A stretch of DNA of 29,259 nt from a virus. Taxonomy: Duplodnaviria; Caudoviricetes. Position 1 is the stretch's first letter. The number at the start of each line of letters is the position of its first letter. Positions 24,017 through 29,259 of this stretch are shown here, in pieces. The position numbers were made by a program, and so were the translations under genes. Under the pieces are notes generated by a model, which saw only the letters and a list, made by a program, of their open reading frames with translations, was not told where the DNA came from and made no database searches. The DNA lies in the IMG/VR virus record IMGVR_UViG_3300048557_000187, positions 1-29,259 of that record. One strand, given 5' to 3'.

Positions 24017-27000
24017 ATGGCATACGGACTGAAATACTATTTCGTTGACAAGAAAATAGTAGGCAGTACCGAAACTACCTACCGTTTTGAAATTTTAGAA
24101 GATGGTTATTCTGGTAGTAGTACTGAATGGACTGGTGTATCAATACAACGCCAATACGAAGAACTTTCCTTTCGACAGATAAACAACATTCAGAAGTCTA
24201 GTTGTAGTGGTCAAATACGAGTTGAAGATTCTGCACAACGAACTATTTTAGAAAGTATTGCTAGTTCTGAATTAGGCGATTACCAAATTAAGCTTAAAAA
24301 AGATGGTTCAGTTGTTTGGACTGGTTTATTAGTTCCAGACTTAACTACTATAACTGAAGAAAACTATGGCAATCAGTCGGCTAATCTACAAGCCAAAGAT
24401 ATATTCTTTAGTGGTGATTACACTTTAGCAACTGGTGCAGAAAAAGCTATAGTAATCATAGCTGACTTGCTAGATACATTAAGCTATGGTTTAAATATCA
24501 AGACTTATACTACTTGGACTGAAAGCGAAATAAGTGCAAGTGATGACGTTCTTAATCAAGTTTACCACGAAAAAGAAAGACTAAGAACATACGCTAAAAC
24601 ATCTGGCGAAGTAGATAGACCTATTTCAAACGAGCAGGCACTTATCTATATGCTTAAGACGTATGGTCTTATTCTTAGGCAAGCAAACAATGAATGGCAA
24701 CTTATCCAGTTGTCTGCCTTAGATGATACTTCAAGTGTTCCTACCACTACATATAATTCTAGTGGTGTACAACAAGGTTCACCATTAACAAATGTAAATT
24801 TAAGGGAATCAATAGATAGTGATGACCTTTTCTTATTAGGCAGTTCTACCAATAACTATTTCGCAGGAATTAAAAGAAACAAGGCTAAGTTTGACCATCA
24901 AAGCGTTGTTCAAGGTATAAAGATACCAAGGGAACTTTGGCTAACCACAACTAACGAAAGCTATTCACAATTCTGGCAAGGTGATGGTACTGGTAATATA
25001 AGCCTAGAATTTAATTTATGGGTAGCTGATACTGGTAGCCTTGCAGGCACTTATCCTTCTGCACAGATTAGAATACAATCGGGTTCTTATTATTGGAATG
25101 GCACGGCATGGGGAACAAATTCAACTGAAATAACAATTGAAGTTAGTGGACCAACTACCACAGATTCAGATGGCAACCATGTATATAAAAGTGGCTTAGT
25201 AAGCATAGTTACTGACCCAATACCCGATGCCGCAGATGGAACGCTTACGATTACTTTTATCCCATCGCTGACTATAGTTACAAGTGTTGTATATAGTTAT
25301 TTTAGGGATATTATTTTTAATCTTAGTTTCCAAGATGACATAGAAAATAGTTTAAGTATTGATTTCGAACTAGAACAAACTGGTACGTTCAATGCAGAAT
25401 ATGATTATGGGTCATTCTATTTTGGTGATGGTCCTGCAACTGCTTCTTTATCTGCACTTAAAGATTCTAATAATGATTTAACAGATGCTTGGAAACAGAT
25501 AGGCGAAGCTACAAGTGTTAGCCATCAAGAAATCCTTCTACGTGAAATACTAGACTTTCAACGTGGACAACGAAGAAACATACGGGCTACTTTATATGGG
25601 GAGTTTGAACCAGATAAAGTTGTACAATATGACAGTAAAAGTTTCTTTTTTCTAGGTGGTTCTTGGGATTCTAAAAGCTACCAATGGACTTCTAACTTAA
25701 TAGAAGCAGACCCTACAACTGGAACTGATACACTTACAACGTATTACAATACAACTGGTGAAGGTGTAACGACTTCTGCTAGTACGGGTTCTACTGGTGG
25801 TGGTAGTGGTTCTTCTAGTCTATATTTAGAAAAAGTCAACAATTTATCTGACCTACAAAGCGTATCAACGGCTAGGGATAATCTAGGGCTAGGCACGGGT
25901 GATGATGTAGTTTTTAACACAGTAACGGCTGACTTTATAGGTGATTTAACTGGTGCTATTCACGTACAAGGAAAGAATGACACGGGTGGCACACTAACAA
26001 AAGGAACACCAGTATATATATCGGGACAAGTTGCCGAAGGTCAGCAGTTCACAATAGGGGTAGCTGATTCAGATGGTAGTGGAACAATGCCTTCTATTGG
26101 AGTTCTTTCTGCTGATGTGAACAATAATGCTATGGGTGATATTGTTACGCACGGTAAGTTGATAGGAATAGATACAAGTTCTTTTACTGTAGGCGATGAA
26201 TTGTTTATTGGTTCTAGTGGTACGCTTGTAAACACGCCACCAACTGGTGAAAGTAATCTACTTCAGAAGATTGCCAAGGTCATACGAGTTAATGCAACTG
26301 ATGGGCAAATCTATATCATGGGTGCAGGTCGTACTAATGCCGTACCTAACCTAGATGAAGGAAAGATATTTGCAGGTGATGCTAATAACCAAGCAGTAAC
26401 AACTGATGTTATAGATGTTAATATTGCTAGTAATTTAGTAACCATAAATGATGATTTAACTGTAACGGGCGTTGTTAGAACTAATGAACTAGATGCACAA
26501 GCTGATTTAGTATGGAATACTGCCGAAGAAGTTTGGAATACAAGCGACTATTACTTTACTGGTGCAATCAATCTAGCAGGTAGCTTATACATAACCGATG
26601 AATTGGATGTAGCTGAATCTGTTTCAGTTGGTACTACTTTAGATGTGTCGGGTAATACTACCATATTAGGAACACTAGATGCTCCTACCTTGAATACTGG
26701 TCAAGGCGATAATGAGTTGTATGCTATGAACCAAGATGTTCAAACTACGGATGGTGTAATATTTGATACGTTATCTGTTACCAATAGTGCAACCGTAGGT
26801 GGCTCTTTAACCTTGACTGGTTCGGCAGACTTTAATAGTACGATGAACCTACAAGGTAATCTTACAACGCAAGCTAACCTACAAGATGATGGCTACGCAA
26901 CGGGATGGTCGGGAACTAATTGGCAGATACAAGCAGATGGTTCGGCAGAACTGCAAGAATTAAGGGTACGTGGAGCGTTACGAGTCTTTGAGTTTATAGC

Positions 27001-28654
27001 GAAGCAGATTAGCACGATAGGCGGCTCGGAAATCCTTAGTATTGCACAAGGTAGAGTAGTAAGCGTTGATTCAGATAATGACACTATCACGGTTGAAAAC
27101 GTAACGGGTACGGCAGGTAATTCATTCAAGGTAAATGACTTGTTTATCTGTCAGGTAACCGATATAAATAACGACTTAGAAAGTGGTGGAACTGGTTCTA
27201 TTGTAAAGTCGGTTCGTGGTGGTGTTATTGGTGTAGTAGGTAATGATATAGAAGTTTCTATCACTTCGGGGAATCTAACCGATTTAGTTACGGGTGATTT
27301 GATTGTTGCTTATGGTAATACTACCGATGCGGATAGGCAGGCTATAATGTATCGTAACGTAGATAGGTCAGAAGATAGCTTAATAATGAGAATGCAGACA
27401 GATATAAATGCGTTTTCTGATTTACAAAACGAAGCAAATACTAGAGTAGCTTTTGGAGATTTAGGACCAAGACCAAGTAATTCTACTGGTTATTCGGGTT
27501 TAACTTCTGAAACATTTGGATTCTTTGCAGGCGATAATTCAGCCGAACACATTCTAGTTACTGATGGTGGATTATTCCTAAAGGATGGAACTAGCACGCT
27601 TGCGCAATTAACGAGCAACACATTCAAAGTAGGTGATAGTACAAACTTCCTATCGTTTAACGGTACTACGTTTGACATACAGACCGATACATTTAACTTA
27701 GATACTACAAACCTAGACATAAGTAGTGCCAATGAGAATATAGTCATAGGTACTGGTTCGGCATTGATGACTGTCGGTAAGTTAAGTAGTGCAGAGCAAG
27801 GTATAAAAATAGATTCTAATGGAATAACTAATCAGAACTATTGGAAGCTAGGTCAGGGTACTGTACAGTTTAAGGTGGGCGATGGTACTAACTTCTTATC
27901 ATTTAACGAGAATGCAGGCACATTTGAAATAGAAACTGAACAGTTTACTTTAGACACAACTGATTCAGGTGCGGAAAGTGGTATAAAAATAGATTCTTCT
28001 AGTCAAGAAATAGAGTTATACGATGCCAATAAAGTTCGAACTGTAATAGATATAAATAGTGGTGGTTATACTTTAACAGAAACAACGCATCACAATGCAG
28101 GTTTAAATACAATAATAACACAAACAACAACGCCTTACGAAACTAGCGTATTTGCAATAGACGAAGGCGATTCATTGTATGTAGATGTTGAAGCAAAGCT
28201 ATCTTTTACTGGTTCGGGAACACCTGACCCTAGCCCAAGTTTCTATATTGAAGGTCAAATATATGGTGGTACTCTTGGAACTGCTACAAATCTAGTCGCA
28301 AACTTTCTAGGAACTGATTGCGTATCAATAAATGATTTATCTAGGGTTACTTTTAGTGCATTTAATTATTCTTATACGCATTATAAAGTAAAAATTGTTG
28401 TAAATGGAAATAACACGGGCAACGATGCTAGATTTACACTTACGTCAAATTTATTATTTAGAAGTGCAGACAGTAGAAGCCGATTTGGACTAGATGGGTT
28501 ATATATAGATTCAAGTAACGAGCAGTATGCAAGGCTAACAAGGGAAGAAAATAAATTAGCAGGTATTACGAAGCTAGTTAATATACCAAGCACTAAGCCA
28601 ATAGAACCTAATGTGGTATATAAAGACAGTAACGGATTCCTAAAGATTTCATAA
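24017..28654 (+). CDS. Large mosaic tail tip/fibre protein (1545 aa)
   Basis: Follows the tape measure. 'NNLSDL....ARDNLGL' fibre motif, Thr/Gly/Ser-rich beta repeats, 'LRVRG.L.VFE...Q....GG'. Confidence 0.85.
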   Translation: MAYGLKYYFVDKKIVGSTETTYRFEILEDGYSGSSTEWTGVSIQRQYEELSFRQINNIQKSSCSGQIRVEDSAQRTILESIASSELGDYQIKLKKDGSVVWTGLLVPDLTTITEENYGNQSANLQAKDIFFSGDYTLATGAEKAIVIIADLLDTLSYGLNIKTYTTWTESEISASDDVLNQVYHEKERLRTYAKTSGEVDRPISNEQALIYMLKTYGLILRQANNEWQLIQLSALDDTSSVPTTTYNSSGVQQGSPLTNVNLRESIDSDDLFLLGSSTNNYFAGIKRNKAKFDHQSVVQGIKIPRELWLTTTNESYSQFWQGDGTGNISLEFNLWVADTGSLAGTYPSAQIRIQSGSYYWNGTAWGTNSTEITIEVSGPTTTDSDGNHVYKSGLVSIVTDPIPDAADGTLTITFIPSLTIVTSVVYSYFRDIIFNLSFQDDIENSLSIDFELEQTGTFNAEYDYGSFYFGDGPATASLSALKDSNNDLTDAWKQIGEATSVSHQEILLREILDFQRGQRRNIRATLYGEFEPDKVVQYDSKSFFFLGGSWDSKSYQWTSNLIEADPTTGTDTLTTYYNTTGEGVTTSASTGSTGGGSGSSSLYLEKVNNLSDLQSVSTARDNLGLGTGDDVVFNTVTADFIGDLTGAIHVQGKNDTGGTLTKGTPVYISGQVAEGQQFTIGVADSDGSGTMPSIGVLSADVNNNAMGDIVTHGKLIGIDTSSFTVGDELFIGSSGTLVNTPPTGESNLLQKIAKVIRVNATDGQIYIMGAGRTNAVPNLDEGKIFAGDANNQAVTTDVIDVNIASNLVTINDDLTVTGVVRTNELDAQADLVWNTAEEVWNTSDYYFTGAINLAGSLYITDELDVAESVSVGTTLDVSGNTTILGTLDAPTLNTGQGDNELYAMNQDVQTTDGVIFDTLSVTNSATVGGSLTLTGSADFNSTMNLQGNLTTQANLQDDGYATGWSGTNWQIQADGSAELQELRVRGALRVFEFIAKQISTIGGSEILSIAQGRVVSVDSDNDTITVENVTGTAGNSFKVNDLFICQVTDINNDLESGGTGSIVKSVRGGVIGVVGNDIEVSITSGNLTDLVTGDLIVAYGNTTDADRQAIMYRNVDRSEDSLIMRMQTDINAFSDLQNEANTRVAFGDLGPRPSNSTGYSGLTSETFGFFAGDNSAEHILVTDGGLFLKDGTSTLAQLTSNTFKVGDSTNFLSFNGTTFDIQTDTFNLDTTNLDISSANENIVIGTGSALMTVGKLSSAEQGIKIDSNGITNQNYWKLGQGTVQFKVGDGTNFLSFNENAGTFEIETEQFTLDTTDSGAESGIKIDSSSQEIELYDANKVRTVIDINSGGYTLTETTHHNAGLNTIITQTTTPYETSVFAIDEGDSLYVDVEAKLSFTGSGTPDPSPSFYIEGQIYGGTLGTATNLVANFLGTDCVSINDLSRVTFSAFNYSYTHYKVKIVVNGNNTGNDARFTLTSNLLFRSADSRSRFGLDGLYIDSSNEQYARLTREENKLAGITKLVNIPSTKPIEPNVVYKDSNGFLKIS

Positions 28655-28707
28655 GGGTAATTTCAAAAGACAGAGAAAATTCGTAATTTGTAAACAAATG
28701 TAAAACT

Positions 28708-29040
28708 ATGGCACAAATCAGAACGGCAACAATCGCAAGCGGAGCAAGTGTTTCATCGGCAGTAGAAATACAAGGCAGAAACATAGACTATGAAATGGGT
28801 TCTTTAATCCTAGAAGGCACGTACACCAACTCATCTTTCGACATACAAGCGGAAGTGGATGGAACGTGGTTTGATATATACGATACGTTTGGCAATAAGT
28901 ATGCGGTATCGGTAGCAACGGGAAAACATTCACTTCCTGCGGATGTATTCAAAGACGTGAACAAAGTAAGACTCAAAGGCGCTTCAAATGAAGGCGCAGA
29001 ACGAACGGCTAAATTTTTACTAATCGATATACTAGATTGA
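28708..29040 (+). CDS. Small beta-rich virion-associated protein
   Basis: 110-aa ORF in the tail region. Confidence 0.7.
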   Translation: MAQIRTATIASGASVSSAVEIQGRNIDYEMGSLILEGTYTNSSFDIQAEVDGTWFDIYDTFGNKYAVSVATGKHSLPADVFKDVNKVRLKGASNEGAERTAKFLLIDILD

Positions 29041-29135
29041 AATTATTAACCTATATATCGCATATCAGATGGGGTGTACTTTCACGCTCCAATCAAGTTT
29101 GGAATCAATCAACAATGTATTTTGACAAGCACTAA
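29037..29135 (+). CDS. 32-aa hypothetical peptide (MKLLTYISHIRWGVLSRSNQVWNQSTMYFDKH)
   Basis: TTGA overlap with the previous stop. Ends 3 nt before the next ATG. Confidence 0.4.
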   Translation: MKLLTYISHIRWGVLSRSNQVWNQSTMYFDKH

Positions 29136-29138
29136 ATT

Positions 29139-29259
29139 ATGGCAACACTTACGGGAAAACAGTTAAAAGATTCATATCAAGGTTTACTAACCATTAAGAC
29201 GGCAGACGATGCTAACCCGTTAAGTGGTAGGCTAGAAAATGGATTGGGTAATGCTATTA
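29139..29259 (+). CDS. Tail fibre protein, N-terminal fragment (truncated by the window edge)
   Basis: MATLTGKQLKDSYQGLL...ENGLGN, open to the end. Resembles fibre N-termini (from memory). Confidence 0.6.
   Translation, partial: MATLTGKQLKDSYQGLLTIKTADDANPLSGRLENGLGNAI

Larger units (their letters stand above)
1..29259 (+). mobile_element. Near-complete tailed bacteriophage (siphovirus-like) genome, probable Bacteroidota host
   Basis: Terminase, portal, HK97 protease/capsid, neck, tail tube, tape measure, endolysin and replication genes are all present. No host genes seen. Bacteroidota-type promoters. Confidence 0.95.

Noticed and set aside
27623-27997. Diversity-generating retroelement TR/VR pair
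   Set aside because: Repeats differ mostly at synonymous positions rather than only at adenines, and there is no reverse transcriptase.
1-29259. Stop-codon reassignment
   Set aside because: Genes are full length under the standard code and all three stop codons terminate ORFs.

Overview
This is a near-complete genome of a tailed dsDNA phage with siphovirus-type morphogenesis genes (HK97-like head, TP901-1-like tail tube, tape measure). It is AT-rich and almost entirely + strand. TTTG-N19-21-TAnnTTTG promoters and A-rich leaders without Shine-Dalgarno motifs point to a Bacteroidota/FCB host. Gene order: tail-associated genes, metallophosphoesterase, small-gene island 1, ERF/NinG/SSB/replication initiator with iterons, ParB-like-MTase, terminase, small-gene island 2 inserted between terL and portal, portal, lysis cassette, gpF-like head protein, two glycosyltransferases plus a membrane protein, multi-domain prohead protease, capsid, neck, tail with a -1 frameshift, tape measure, a 1545-aa tail protein and the start of a fibre gene. 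The main oddities are: (1) a repeated promoter/leader cassette in front of small unknown genes, with paralogous HTH genes in both islands (candidate shuffled anti-defence array); (2) a glycosyltransferase cassette inside the head module; (3) a tRNA-like minihelix right after the capsid gene; (4) a protease with three extra N-terminal domains; (5) apparent total avoidance of GATC and GCWGC. No integrase, polymerase, reverse transcriptase or CRISPR array was seen. All family assignments come from motif recognition, not database searches.
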